DNA of 64,000 nucleotides from a virus. Lineage: Duplodnaviria; Caudoviricetes. Below, in pieces: positions 28,507-38,593 of this stretch (positions within the stretch are counted from its first letter, which is position 1; every line of letters starts with the position of its first letter). A model generated the notes under the pieces. That model was not told the DNA's origin, searched no databases, and saw nothing but the letters and a program-made list of their open reading frames with translations. The translations under genes and the position numbers were made by a program. The stretch covers positions 33,240 through 97,239 of the IMG/VR virus record IMGVR_UViG_3300012983_000038, one strand, 5' to 3'.

Positions 28507-31500
28507 ATGGGAAACAAGTCAATTAAAGCAGAATCAAGTCAAGAACAAGGCTTAGGTTATCTGTTGAAAAAATTATGGGAAAAAATTACAGGTAAGCTAG
28601 ATGAAAAAGCTGATAAATCTGAAATATTAACCAAAACTGAAATAGAAGGTGAGTTTTTAAGTAAGAAAAATAGTACTCAGCAAAGAATGGAGAATAATAC
28701 TATCGTTACTAACTTAAATGCTGACCTTATTGACGGACTCCATTCTATTGAGCAATTTAAACTAGGTAATTGTGATCCTAATTCTGTTGGTCCTGCTTTT
28801 GGAAGAAATGCATATTCATCTAGAACTAATTCTTTTGCTATTGGATATCATGCACTAGACCTAAATAATGAAGGAGATGGGAATAATATTCTGATAGGTG
28901 GAAACTCTAGTGCTTATCCAGTAAGTACAGTAAATCCGTACTCTTTTACCTTGAATGGAGTCGAGGAAAATACATACTCGTTCAACTCTACTTACGAACA
29001 AACAGATATATTAAATATTAACGGAACTGACGTAGAATTTACAAATAATTACAGTAATGATACTAAAATTAGGTCGGTCATAGTTATTGAAGGAGAGCTG
29101 TTTTATGGAAGTATACCATCTACTGGTCACGAACTTCATACTTATCTCAACATATTTATTGCAAGCGAACCTCTACCGTATCATTGTCGTATTATACAAG
29201 TAACTAAGGAAGTAGTTGGAGGAACTTGTTATTCAATAGTGCTAGTTGATACAGAATCGCTATTTGTTAGTATTGATGGAACTTCAGAAATAGTTTGTAC
29301 ATTGATAGGTCAAAGAGGTATGGATTACTCTACTGCAATTGGCTATGGTAGTGGAGTAGGCTCATCTTTTGCTACTAGCATTGGAAGACAAAATAGTATG
29401 AGGGGATTTGGAAGTGTCGGTATAGGAACTAAAGTCGTTAGTAGTAGTGATACTACTGTAGGAGTAGGTGCTGAGATCTACAATGTTTCTGGTAGTTTTA
29501 TAGGGATTGGTGGTAAATTAAATAATAAGGGAAACAGTATTACAATGATTGGTCGCGGTTTGTGGAACAACAATATTACAACTAGTGCTACTATTATTGG
29601 AAACTATAATGATCCCAATGACATGAAAAATGCCTCACTAGTATTTGGAGGTGGATATAGTAATGAGAGAAGGTTTAATATTTTTAAATACACTACTGAA
29701 GGTAATTATTTCTTTGGTAGGAGTAATGAAAATAGACAAGTATCATTACTTCTAAGAACATCTGAAAAGAATTTTGGATTTAAGTTAGATGAGGTTGGTA
29801 AGAGCTCAGTAATATATAACAATAACACAGTAGCTTATGTCCCAACTACTACATCTAATATTATCAAGAATGGAGATAATCTTAATTTAGTTCGTGTACA
29901 AGAATTAAAGGATTATGTAAATTCTAGTATAGGAGAAGTAGAGCAGAATGTACAAGCGGATTGGAGTGAATTAGATGAAACTGCTGGATCTTATATAAAA
30001 AACAAGCCAATAATAGGAAATGGAGCAGTAACAGTTAAGCAGAATGGGGAAGTTAAGTCTACATTTACATTAGATCAGACTAGTGATGCTGTGATAGAAT
30101 TGACTGATACTACATACGAGGATGCTACTGTTGATGTTTCCGGATTAATGAGTTCTGATGACAAGGCTAAGTTAAATAGTATAGAATCCGGGGCAAATAA
30201 TTACACTCTTCCTGTAGCTACTAGTTCAGAGATAGGAGGAGTTAAGTCAGGTACAGATATTACTATAGATTCTGAAGGTAATGTTAGTGTAAATGATAAC
30301 AGCCATAATCACTCAGCCGAAAACATAACGACGGGAATATTACCAATAGAGAGGGGAGGAACTGGAAAATCTACAGCAGCGGAAGCATTATCCGTATTAG
30401 CTTCAAGTTCCACAACACCTACCACGTCGGATATTACGGCTGATGATACTAAAATATTGTCATCAAATTCATTAGGGTCTTGGAGTAATGTTTATGCTAC
30501 GACTGCTCTAAGTGTATGGAATTATGTAAAAGGAAAGCTAAAGACTGTAATTGGGCTTGATGAGAGCAGTTATAGTGGAACATCTGACAGAGCTATTTCT
30601 GATGGTTCTGGTAATGTAATAGAAGAGACTTACCTTACTAGAGCTGCTGTAGATGAGAAAGCTAATATTGATTACGTAAATGGCAGATTAGATACTAAAG
30701 TTGATAAAGTTAATGGAAAAGGATTATCTACTGAGGATTTTACTAGTCAATATAAGTCAAAGCTAGATAATATAGAGGCAGGTGCACAGGTTAATAATAT
30801 TGTAGCTATCAGACAAAATGGCAGTACTATTAATCCAGATAGTAATAAAATCATTAATATAACTGTACCTACTAAATTAAGTGAGTTAACTAATGATGGA
30901 AATTATCAGACAGCAAATGACGTTTCTAGTACTATAACCGGATTAGCTTTGGATAATGATACGGGAATTATTACGGCTACTAGAAAGAATGGTACTACTT
31001 TCACATTAGACTTACCTACAGAGAAAGTTATAAAGTCTGGTTATTATGATGGAAATAGGAAAGAGATAGTACTAGTTCTTGCTGATAATAGTGAGATTAG
31101 GTTTTCCGCATCAGAGTTAGTTGATTCTTATTTAGGAGATGGAAGTACTATAGAGCTTTTTACTGATTCTGATAGCAAAAAGAAATTCCGAATCACGACT
31201 AATTATAAGAATAAGATTGATAGTGCAGAGCAAACTAGTAATAGGACTTCTACAGTAAATTCATCTAGTACAGAGACTCAATATCCAACAGCTGCGGCAG
31301 TATGGAATGCTATTAAGAACTTTGCTACTAATACTCAAACTTTTTCTCAAGCAGGTAGTAGAAGTAACTTATCATCAGGTGAGACTATTAGTACATCATT
31401 TGGAAAGATTAGTAAGTGGTTTGCAGATCTTAAGAGTGTAGCTTTCTCAGGTTCTTATAATGATTTGAGTGATAAGCCTACTATTGGAAATGCTACAATT

Positions 31501-31956
31501 ACGATTAAGCAGAATGGTACTACGATAGGAACATTTTTACTTAACCAATCAGATGCAAAGACAATAGAGCTTACTGATAATAACACTACTTATGTTGCCG
31601 CTACTGAATCTGCCGCCGGATTATTAAGCGCTGCAGACAAGAAGAAATTAAATGGAATAGCGACAGGGGCAGAGGTTAATGTTCAGAGTGATTGGAATGT
31701 TAGTGATACAAGTTCAGACGCATATATTAAGAACAAACCTACCAGCGCATCTATAGTTACAAGCGGCGGAGGTATTAATGCGGCAGGAACAGGATTATCT
31801 AAGAGTGGTAATACATTGAATCACTCTAACTCAATTACTGCTCAGACTACTAGTAAATTTGTAGCTGTTAAAGTAGATGCACAAGGTCATATTAGTGCCA
31901 TAGGAGATACTTTAGAGGCTCTTACAGTTGATGAGATAAATGCGATATTAGTGTAA
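28507..31956 (+). CDS. Tail/head fibre protein with YadA-head-like repeats and duplicated fibre modules
   Basis: 1149 aa; STAIG/TSIG/VGIG/VGVG/IGIG repeats; VQ(A/S)DW..YIKNKP x2; IGN..VKQNG..TF.L.Q..IELTD x2; GL(M/L)S.DK.KLN.I..GA x2; KVDKVNGKGLSTEDFT. Confidence 0.8.
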   Translation: MGNKSIKAESSQEQGLGYLLKKLWEKITGKLDEKADKSEILTKTEIEGEFLSKKNSTQQRMENNTIVTNLNADLIDGLHSIEQFKLGNCDPNSVGPAFGRNAYSSRTNSFAIGYHALDLNNEGDGNNILIGGNSSAYPVSTVNPYSFTLNGVEENTYSFNSTYEQTDILNINGTDVEFTNNYSNDTKIRSVIVIEGELFYGSIPSTGHELHTYLNIFIASEPLPYHCRIIQVTKEVVGGTCYSIVLVDTESLFVSIDGTSEIVCTLIGQRGMDYSTAIGYGSGVGSSFATSIGRQNSMRGFGSVGIGTKVVSSSDTTVGVGAEIYNVSGSFIGIGGKLNNKGNSITMIGRGLWNNNITTSATIIGNYNDPNDMKNASLVFGGGYSNERRFNIFKYTTEGNYFFGRSNENRQVSLLLRTSEKNFGFKLDEVGKSSVIYNNNTVAYVPTTTSNIIKNGDNLNLVRVQELKDYVNSSIGEVEQNVQADWSELDETAGSYIKNKPIIGNGAVTVKQNGEVKSTFTLDQTSDAVIELTDTTYEDATVDVSGLMSSDDKAKLNSIESGANNYTLPVATSSEIGGVKSGTDITIDSEGNVSVNDNSHNHSAENITTGILPIERGGTGKSTAAEALSVLASSSTTPTTSDITADDTKILSSNSLGSWSNVYATTALSVWNYVKGKLKTVIGLDESSYSGTSDRAISDGSGNVIEETYLTRAAVDEKANIDYVNGRLDTKVDKVNGKGLSTEDFTSQYKSKLDNIEAGAQVNNIVAIRQNGSTINPDSNKIINITVPTKLSELTNDGNYQTANDVSSTITGLALDNDTGIITATRKNGTTFTLDLPTEKVIKSGYYDGNRKEIVLVLADNSEIRFSASELVDSYLGDGSTIELFTDSDSKKKFRITTNYKNKIDSAEQTSNRTSTVNSSSTETQYPTAAAVWNAIKNFATNTQTFSQAGSRSNLSSGETISTSFGKISKWFADLKSVAFSGSYNDLSDKPTIGNATITIKQNGTTIGTFLLNQSDAKTIELTDNNTTYVAATESAAGLLSAADKKKLNGIATGAEVNVQSDWNVSDTSSDAYIKNKPTSASIVTSGGGINAAGTGLSKSGNTLNHSNSITAQTTSKFVAVKVDAQGHISAIGDTLEALTVDEINAILV

Positions 31957-32033
31957 GGAAATATAAACTTCTATTATTTTATATCACACAAGTCATTATA
32001 GGTCTGGGAAGATAGGTAATGGCTGGGGAAATT

Positions 32034-32079
32034 AGAAAGGTAGGTAGAAATTAATAACCTATCTATCTTTCTTTTCTTT
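32034..32079 (+). terminator. Intrinsic terminator after the fibre gene
   Basis: AGAAAGGTAGGTAG / CTATCTATCTTTCT followed by TTTCTTT. Confidence 0.6.
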
Positions 32080-32101
32080 ACTAAAATTTATTATATTATA
32101 T

Positions 32102-32431
32102 ATGAAGTATTTGTTAGCTAGTGGTATAATAACTACTAAATTAGAAGAGTATATACTAGATTTATTCAAGTTGTATATAAACATTTACCCTGGGGACATA
32201 CCTGGGATGAGTATAGGATTTAATTCTGTACTAACTAATACTATGAAGTCAGAGTTATATTCAGAGATAGGTTTAAGGGTTAATGAATTGATAACTAATA
32301 TACAGGATAGGTTTAAGTCTGGCGTTACGATAAGGTTAGATAGTATAGAAGTAATAGATGAGACTAAAGTAAAGATACGGATAACAGTTAATAGTATAAA
32401 GACTGGTGAGATAGAGTTTAATATCAAGTAA
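32102..32431 (+). CDS. Baseplate wedge / sheath-initiator protein (gp25-like)
   Basis: 109 aa; YPGDIPGMSIGF equivalent to the gp25 GERP..P.FG motif; precedes a gp6/J-like gene. Confidence 0.6.
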   Translation: MKYLLASGIITTKLEEYILDLFKLYINIYPGDIPGMSIGFNSVLTNTMKSELYSEIGLRVNELITNIQDRFKSGVTIRLDSIEVIDETKVKIRITVNSIKTGEIEFNIK

Positions 32432-32448
32432 AATTTAGATATTTTTTT

Positions 32449-33966
32449 ATGAAGACGTTACAAGAATACATATCGACTTTTAGGGGGATAGCTAGTAATT
32501 TGAACATAGTAGGAGATAGTTCAGAGATACTAGTACAATTATTGGCTAATGCGACATATATAAATGAAGTAGATCAGATTTCATATAGTCGAGAGAGTTC
32601 AATAGACAAGTCGGTATTAGTAAATTCGAAGATCCAGCATTGTATGAATAATATGTACAGTGTATATAGGGGTCAATGTCCTAGAGTATTGCTTAGGTTC
32701 CGGCCGATGAGATATTTCAACTTCAATTTATACGATGAGATATTAACGTCGAGTACATTTAGGGTTCATTACATAGGATATATAAATGAGAAAGGTACGA
32801 CGGCTTCAACATCGAGTTTAGAAGATATTAATTCCGGCCGTACATCTAAGCTAGTTAATATAGAGTATGGTCCTTTATCAGTTCCACCTTCTATAACTGA
32901 CAATGAATCTGAGTATGTTACGATAGTTGGTATATTGTCAAAGGAGATAGTGTCAAAGGAATGGGAGACTACAGAGAACAATCCATATTTTGTAGAGTGT
33001 TATGAAGAGGGCTTAAGTAATGATTTGCAAGTAAAGATAAATGGTGAAAATGTATCTGTGACTCGTAATTTTAGTGATCATATATTAAATAAGAGTGTAT
33101 ATGATTTAACCACTACATCATTTGGGTCAAGGTTATATGTATCTGGTATATTAGGCGAGTCATCTTCATTTTCTTCTCAATTAGATTTACAAGTAGGTTT
33201 AAAAGTTCAGGCAAATTGGTTTAAGTATTCTGAATTGTCTGAGTATAATCCATCTGAGTTACGAAGAATAGTAATGAAGGGAGGAGAGATGAAGAAGTTT
33301 AGTGAAGAATTTTTGACATCTCGAGGCAACTTAGAAGAAATAAGTGATGGAGTATTATTAATAGATTCGTCAAAGAAGGATAGTGTACAGTCCATTCATT
33401 ATTTAAGTAACAGGGATAGATATTTGAATTCACTTTTAAGATCTAATCGTGATATTGGAAGGTTATTAGAAGAGAGTTATCCTGATTATGTTAAGATAGG
33501 AAGTACTAAGGTAGTTTTCAGCAATAATATAGTAACAGTATATTATGTTCCTTCTACTACTCCAATTATAGATCCAGAGGAATTATTCAAGCCATATAGA
33601 GAGAATATGAAGTCGTATTATATTATGGACGACTTGTATGTAAAGCAGGGAAATAGGATAATATCGACAGTTACGGTAGAATTAGGCTTAAATGATTTGA
33701 ATTCTGGAGATAGTGTAAAGAAAGAGTTAGATAATATTTTCTCAGAGTATAGTGGAAAATTAGGAGTAGATTTGACAAGTTCAGAGATTAAGGAGGAGAT
33801 TAAGTCAGCTATTTCCAAGATATCAGAAGTCAAAGTAGTAAAGAGTTTAGTAATTAATTTCAAAAGTAGCGATGGAAATGTGATATCTGCAGAGGAGGTA
33901 AAAGAGATTATTACAGTTGACCCTACTTACTTTGATATTGATGTAAATTTCAGAACAGTTAAATAA
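32449..33966 (+). CDS. Baseplate wedge subunit (T4 gp6 / P2 gpJ-like)
   Basis: 505 aa; ILVQLLANATY..RESSIDKS..SKIQH..MYSV; C-term EEIKSAISKISEVKVV. Confidence 0.7.
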   Translation: MKTLQEYISTFRGIASNLNIVGDSSEILVQLLANATYINEVDQISYSRESSIDKSVLVNSKIQHCMNNMYSVYRGQCPRVLLRFRPMRYFNFNLYDEILTSSTFRVHYIGYINEKGTTASTSSLEDINSGRTSKLVNIEYGPLSVPPSITDNESEYVTIVGILSKEIVSKEWETTENNPYFVECYEEGLSNDLQVKINGENVSVTRNFSDHILNKSVYDLTTTSFGSRLYVSGILGESSSFSSQLDLQVGLKVQANWFKYSELSEYNPSELRRIVMKGGEMKKFSEEFLTSRGNLEEISDGVLLIDSSKKDSVQSIHYLSNRDRYLNSLLRSNRDIGRLLEESYPDYVKIGSTKVVFSNNIVTVYYVPSTTPIIDPEELFKPYRENMKSYYIMDDLYVKQGNRIISTVTVELGLNDLNSGDSVKKELDNIFSEYSGKLGVDLTSSEIKEEIKSAISKISEVKVVKSLVINFKSSDGNVISAEEVKEIITVDPTYFDIDVNFRTVK

Positions 33967-33973
33967 AAAAGTT

Positions 33974-34558
33974 GTGATAGATATAAGAGTACCTAATCAT
34001 ATTCGAAAAGGCATTCCACTAGTAGATCAAATGTTACGAATGCTAGAGGAATATAAAAAAGTTTCTCAGGAGTCTAAAGAAAGTGAAGTAAAGTTAATAA
34101 TAGATCCAGTAGAGAAATTTTTAACCTCATGTATATTACGAAAAGAGGGACAAAGCGAGGAGGAGTATAAAAGTATAATTAATTACTTGATCCGATTATT
34201 CTATAGTGTAAAAGGAACAAAATTAGTAGTAGATTATATAGGAAAATATTTACCAAGTTTTGCCAGTAATATAAAATACTCTACAAATAGCATAGTAATA
34301 GAGTTGAATGAAGATATGGAGGTACTAGAGCAGACATTATTTGTAGATGATCCTAGTAGTTTCAGAAGAGATTTTGTTTCATTTCTAGATTCATTACTTT
34401 ATTACAATGGGGCTAGTGGGAAAAGTGAAGGTTCCTCTGATATAGTAATGAAGGGATCTGTTACATTAATAGTCAAGTCTCATTTAGATAGCTATTCCAG
34501 TACTGAGATATTAACTTATAAATTATTTGATATTACAAGCCAGGAGATTTATATATGA
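33974..34558 (+). CDS. Baseplate wedge protein (P2 gpI / gp7-like)
   Basis: 194 aa; INYLIRLFYSVKGTKLVVDYI motif (Y..KGT) downstream of the J-like gene. Confidence 0.6.
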   Translation: MIDIRVPNHIRKGIPLVDQMLRMLEEYKKVSQESKESEVKLIIDPVEKFLTSCILRKEGQSEEEYKSIINYLIRLFYSVKGTKLVVDYIGKYLPSFASNIKYSTNSIVIELNEDMEVLEQTLFVDDPSSFRRDFVSFLDSLLYYNGASGKSEGSSDIVMKGSVTLIVKSHLDSYSSTEILTYKLFDITSQEIYI

Positions 34559-36702
34559 ATAGCGGGAATTACGATATTTCAAAATTAGGTGAATTAAGGA
34601 CAGTAGTATATTATTCACATGGAGGAGGAAGTAAATATGCCACATCTAAGTTTTATCCTAGAGGTATAGAAGCTTCAAGTTTAGATGAAGTAAGGGGAGA
34701 TATACTAGAAACCTCGATGTCAACTAAGGTATTATATTATGGAAGTAGTGTTCAATTTCCCAGTATAGATCTCTCCGAATATGATTTTAAGTTTGATATA
34801 GATAAGGGGAAATATAATAGTGATTTAAAGATAATAAATGCATCAGAGAAGACTAGAGAATTAGTTGGCAAGGATGTAGAAGAGTTAGAAAAATTAGAGA
34901 AGGTTATATTTCCCACATTATCAACACAGGATATAGAAAATAGCTATGAATATTTTGGCTCGATGAAAATAAACAATCAGCTATTATATTTATTAGAAGC
35001 AGGTGAGTATATAAATAAGATAGAGGTTTATGAGGAAATTATAGATAAGAATTGTGAACTAGGCTTTGTTGATTATGATATCTTGAAGCAAATAGAAGGA
35101 GATCATGAATTTAAGGAGCCGAAGTATTGCATTTATCTAGGACCACTCTATGAAGACGCTCGAAATACAGAAGAGATGTACTATGATGGATATTTACCTA
35201 ATCCTGATACAACATCTACAATAACGAGCGAATCTGAGTGGAAAAAATTAAATGAAGAAATTACCGGCTCAAAGATTATCTGGATTTATATAACATCAGA
35301 TAGTGAGTCAGTATCTTCTTCAGTAAATATATCTAGTAGTTCATGGAGATTAGATATTAACCCTGCAAGAAATAAAAGTCAGGTCACACTAAGAAACGAT
35401 GATTTTTATAAAGGATTGAAAGAAACTAGAAACATTATGGAAGAAAACGGCTACTATTTTGATGCAGCTAGTAAAACAATGTTAGGTGTAGTTTCTAATA
35501 ATGAGTCAGGGTTTTTAAATTATCTAAGAGGAAAGAAGCTAGAAAAGAAATACTCTCCTAATATAACTTACTCAAAATTAGATGAAGTAGAGTTTAAAGG
35601 AGAGACGTATTTATCAGTAACGAATAATAATATAGGAAATTATCCAAGTATAACTAGCAACTGGATATTAAAATCTTCTTATTTACTAGAAGGAGATGTA
35701 AATGGAATCGTAGTATCAATTTATCCAGAAGAGAGTAAGTGTGATGTAAATCCTGGTAGTGTATTCTTAAATGATAATACTAAGACTGACATAGAATTTA
35801 GTATAATAGAGGCAGGTGAATATGAGTTTAGTAAGATTTATTTGTCTGATGAAGTAGAGTTAAGCAAGGAGTTCTATAGAGTTGAAAGTGGTTATGAGGA
35901 TACAAGTGAGGGAGATACAATAGAAGTTAAATATGTTATAATAAGTTACGAGGCAATAGAGAAAATAAAAGAAGCTGGAGGTAATCTTGTTTTTGTATTT
36001 GAGAAAGTTAAATGTACTACAACCTTTAATATTTACTATGATGATACTTTAGGCTATGTTTCAATTGGTGTAGGTAATTTCTCTGACTTTAAATTGGACA
36101 GTATAGAGACAGCAGAAGGAGTAATACCATTTGAATATAGTAATGCCAATAGTAAAGGAACAATTATAGCAGAGACGTTCAATAAAGAGGTTACATTTAA
36201 TTTGTTAGGGTTAGATAAGAGGTACAATATAGGGGAGATTTACATAACCTATACTAAAGATGGCAGATTTTATAAAGAGTCGTTGATTAATAATATAGTA
36301 GAAAGTGATTTTGGCGAGAATACTAAGCTATCTATAAAATTAAGCGAGGAACAATCTAAGTATAAATCAGCTACTATAGAAATGAAACCAGTAGCATCTA
36401 ACACATTAATAGAAATAGATCAAACTCCAGGAATCCAATTTAGCAAGGAAGGTTATATTTTGTACGACAGAGGAAGTGATATTAGTGATATTTACTTCTG
36501 CCTTGATGATAATTTATTGCCTAGTGATTATTACTTGGAGATAACTTCTTTAATTGATAATGAAGTAATTTGCCTAGAGTTATTAGAAGAAAGCGAAGGA
36601 AAGATAAAGGATACGGAATTCTTTATTAATCTATATAATGGCTTTCAGATCTATATTAAAAACTCTCAAGGTGAATATAATCTTCGTGTAATTAAAAAAT
36701 AG
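34555..36702 (+). CDS. Baseplate/tail structural protein with a CBM5/12-like small module
   Basis: 715 aa; YSPNITYSKLDEVEFKGETYLSVTNNNIGNYP..W motif; beta-rich acidic C-term. Confidence 0.5.
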   Translation: MNSGNYDISKLGELRTVVYYSHGGGSKYATSKFYPRGIEASSLDEVRGDILETSMSTKVLYYGSSVQFPSIDLSEYDFKFDIDKGKYNSDLKIINASEKTRELVGKDVEELEKLEKVIFPTLSTQDIENSYEYFGSMKINNQLLYLLEAGEYINKIEVYEEIIDKNCELGFVDYDILKQIEGDHEFKEPKYCIYLGPLYEDARNTEEMYYDGYLPNPDTTSTITSESEWKKLNEEITGSKIIWIYITSDSESVSSSVNISSSSWRLDINPARNKSQVTLRNDDFYKGLKETRNIMEENGYYFDAASKTMLGVVSNNESGFLNYLRGKKLEKKYSPNITYSKLDEVEFKGETYLSVTNNNIGNYPSITSNWILKSSYLLEGDVNGIVVSIYPEESKCDVNPGSVFLNDNTKTDIEFSIIEAGEYEFSKIYLSDEVELSKEFYRVESGYEDTSEGDTIEVKYVIISYEAIEKIKEAGGNLVFVFEKVKCTTTFNIYYDDTLGYVSIGVGNFSDFKLDSIETAEGVIPFEYSNANSKGTIIAETFNKEVTFNLLGLDKRYNIGEIYITYTKDGRFYKESLINNIVESDFGENTKLSIKLSEEQSKYKSATIEMKPVASNTLIEIDQTPGIQFSKEGYILYDRGSDISDIYFCLDDNLLPSDYYLEITSLIDNEVICLELLEESEGKIKDTEFFINLYNGFQIYIKNSQGEYNLRVIKK

Positions 36703-36708
36703 AGTAAA

Positions 36709-37785
36709 ATGTTATTAAATGGAAAGAGTGTACGAGGAATATTTGTATACGATGATTCTGTAAAATATGAAATAAGAGACTTAGTAGTAATAGATGGAAG
36801 AATTTATCAGTGTATTTTAGAGTCGGAAGGTGAAAATCCAAAAACCAGCGATAAATTTGAGATATACTTAGGTAATATGATAAGTAGTCTGGATCAATAT
36901 TATTCTAAGGATTTAAATGACGACTCTTTATATATCTCTAGTACTGATCTTTCCTCAATATTACAGAACGAGTTTTTTGGATTATCTGACATTGGAGTTA
37001 TTAAAGAGGGAATTAGATATAATTCTGACACTGACTCTCTTGAATTTACAGATGAGCTAAGTAAAAATATTAGTTCTGGGAAAAAGGTATTAGATGAGTT
37101 ATTAAATAGTAATATTAATAATGGGTTAATTCAAGTATCTAGATCGCTTCCTGAGATTAAAGATTTGTTACTATTAGATACAGAAGATGATAATAAGTAT
37201 GATGTAGTATTCCTTAGACAATATACTTACGAATACCAAAAGAAAATTTACAGAGTTCAAGAATTAATTGACTTTGTAACAGCTAGATCATTTTTCAGAT
37301 ATTCTACTAGTGATGAAAATTCCTATAATCCCGAGAAATTTTCTATTAGTGTAGATGATTGGAAAGGAACAATGACAACTGCTGAGGCTGATGTACAGAA
37401 GAAACTTAATGATATTGAAAATTACTATAGAGAACGCATTGATTCACTAAACCAAAAATTAGTTAACTTGACAAATTCTTATAAAATATCTACAGTCGAG
37501 TTTACTAAAGAAGGTGATAGTAGTAAGTATGTAATTGATCTTAAAGACAATAAAAAACTAGGAGTAATAACCCTGTATATAAAAGAAGTAGGTAGTAATA
37601 ATATTCACAGATTATACGAAACTTTAATTGATATAGATAGTGTAAATGAAGGTAATAAACAATCCTATTACATTTCAGAGAATATTAAAGTTGACGTATT
37701 TAAATCTAGTAGTGATGCCGTTCTAGTAATTAACAATGATTTAGCTGAAATAATAGAAATTAATTGCAAGAGCGCGTATAAATAA
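36709..37785 (+). CDS. Putative structural protein with N-terminal CBM5/12-like module
   Basis: 358 aa; YDDSVKYEIRDLVVIDGRIYQC..P.. Confidence 0.45.
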   Translation: MLLNGKSVRGIFVYDDSVKYEIRDLVVIDGRIYQCILESEGENPKTSDKFEIYLGNMISSLDQYYSKDLNDDSLYISSTDLSSILQNEFFGLSDIGVIKEGIRYNSDTDSLEFTDELSKNISSGKKVLDELLNSNINNGLIQVSRSLPEIKDLLLLDTEDDNKYDVVFLRQYTYEYQKKIYRVQELIDFVTARSFFRYSTSDENSYNPEKFSISVDDWKGTMTTAEADVQKKLNDIENYYRERIDSLNQKLVNLTNSYKISTVEFTKEGDSSKYVIDLKDNKKLGVITLYIKEVGSNNIHRLYETLIDIDSVNEGNKQSYYISENIKVDVFKSSSDAVLVINNDLAEIIEINCKSAYK

Positions 37786-37795
37786 TTTTTTGTTT

Positions 37796-38593
37796 ATGAG
37801 TAAGAAGTTTATATCTTTAGTTAATGATAAAGAGGTTAATGATTCAAATATTAAATTATCAGACTCTCCTTTAGGCGGTACTTTAATATATGCAAAATCT
37901 AATGGAGGTGATTATGTAGCTGTTAATAATCATCCAGACTTTAAGAGCGTAGAAGAAAGGATAGTAAATTGCTTTGAACTTAAAAATAGATTAGCAAGTA
38001 AGTTCTGGTTTAATGGGATTCTAAAGATATATAACTCGAAACAAAACAGTTATTCTTTAATTGATCCTATTACTTACCTAAATACTACTACATTAAAGCA
38101 ATATTTCGAAAAGACTAACCCTAATTATCTAACAATTAAGAATAATATTGAAAACTACGAAAAGAAAATTATTAGGGAGAGTGTATCTATTTCTAATAAA
38201 GATCTGTTAGATTTAAATGATACTTATAATAAACTCTTTCCTGATGGCAATACTATAAATAATTTTTGCAGTAACTATCTATCTAATGGAACTTTTGATA
38301 ATGAAATAAGTTTAGTTAGCGATGATTGTATAGTAAATTCCATCAGTTTAGGTAAGTATGCTCGGAAAAATAATAGCTTTTGTAACTTATCTATTCTATA
38401 TTATAAAAAAGATAAAGAGTTCATAGTAAATAAAAAGTTTCCAATCAATAAGGGAATAGATTTTATTATTGAACTAGAAGATGTTAGAATTGAGTTTATT
38501 AATAATGTAGTTAGAGTTTTTCCTACTAATACTAATGAGATTTCTGGCTGTATTATAAAAAATTGCAATATTTCTTTTTCACATGGCAAATAA
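37796..38593 (+). CDS. Hypothetical (putative virion) protein
   Basis: ORF (track start TTG 37790; ATG 37796), tightly packed in the structural operon. Confidence 0.55.
   Translation: MSKKFISLVNDKEVNDSNIKLSDSPLGGTLIYAKSNGGDYVAVNNHPDFKSVEERIVNCFELKNRLASKFWFNGILKIYNSKQNSYSLIDPITYLNTTTLKQYFEKTNPNYLTIKNNIENYEKKIIRESVSISNKDLLDLNDTYNKLFPDGNTINNFCSNYLSNGTFDNEISLVSDDCIVNSISLGKYARKNNSFCNLSILYYKKDKEFIVNKKFPINKGIDFIIELEDVRIEFINNVVRVFPTNTNEISGCIIKNCNISFSHGK

Noticed and set aside
2087-34558. Bacterial eCIS/tailocin locus rather than phage
   Set aside because: Neck/head-closure-like genes, a holin, early-promoter cassettes, an anti-CRISPR and a phage-type recombination nuclease are contiguous, and there are no bacterial housekeeping genes; the capsid and terminase genes are presumably outside the window
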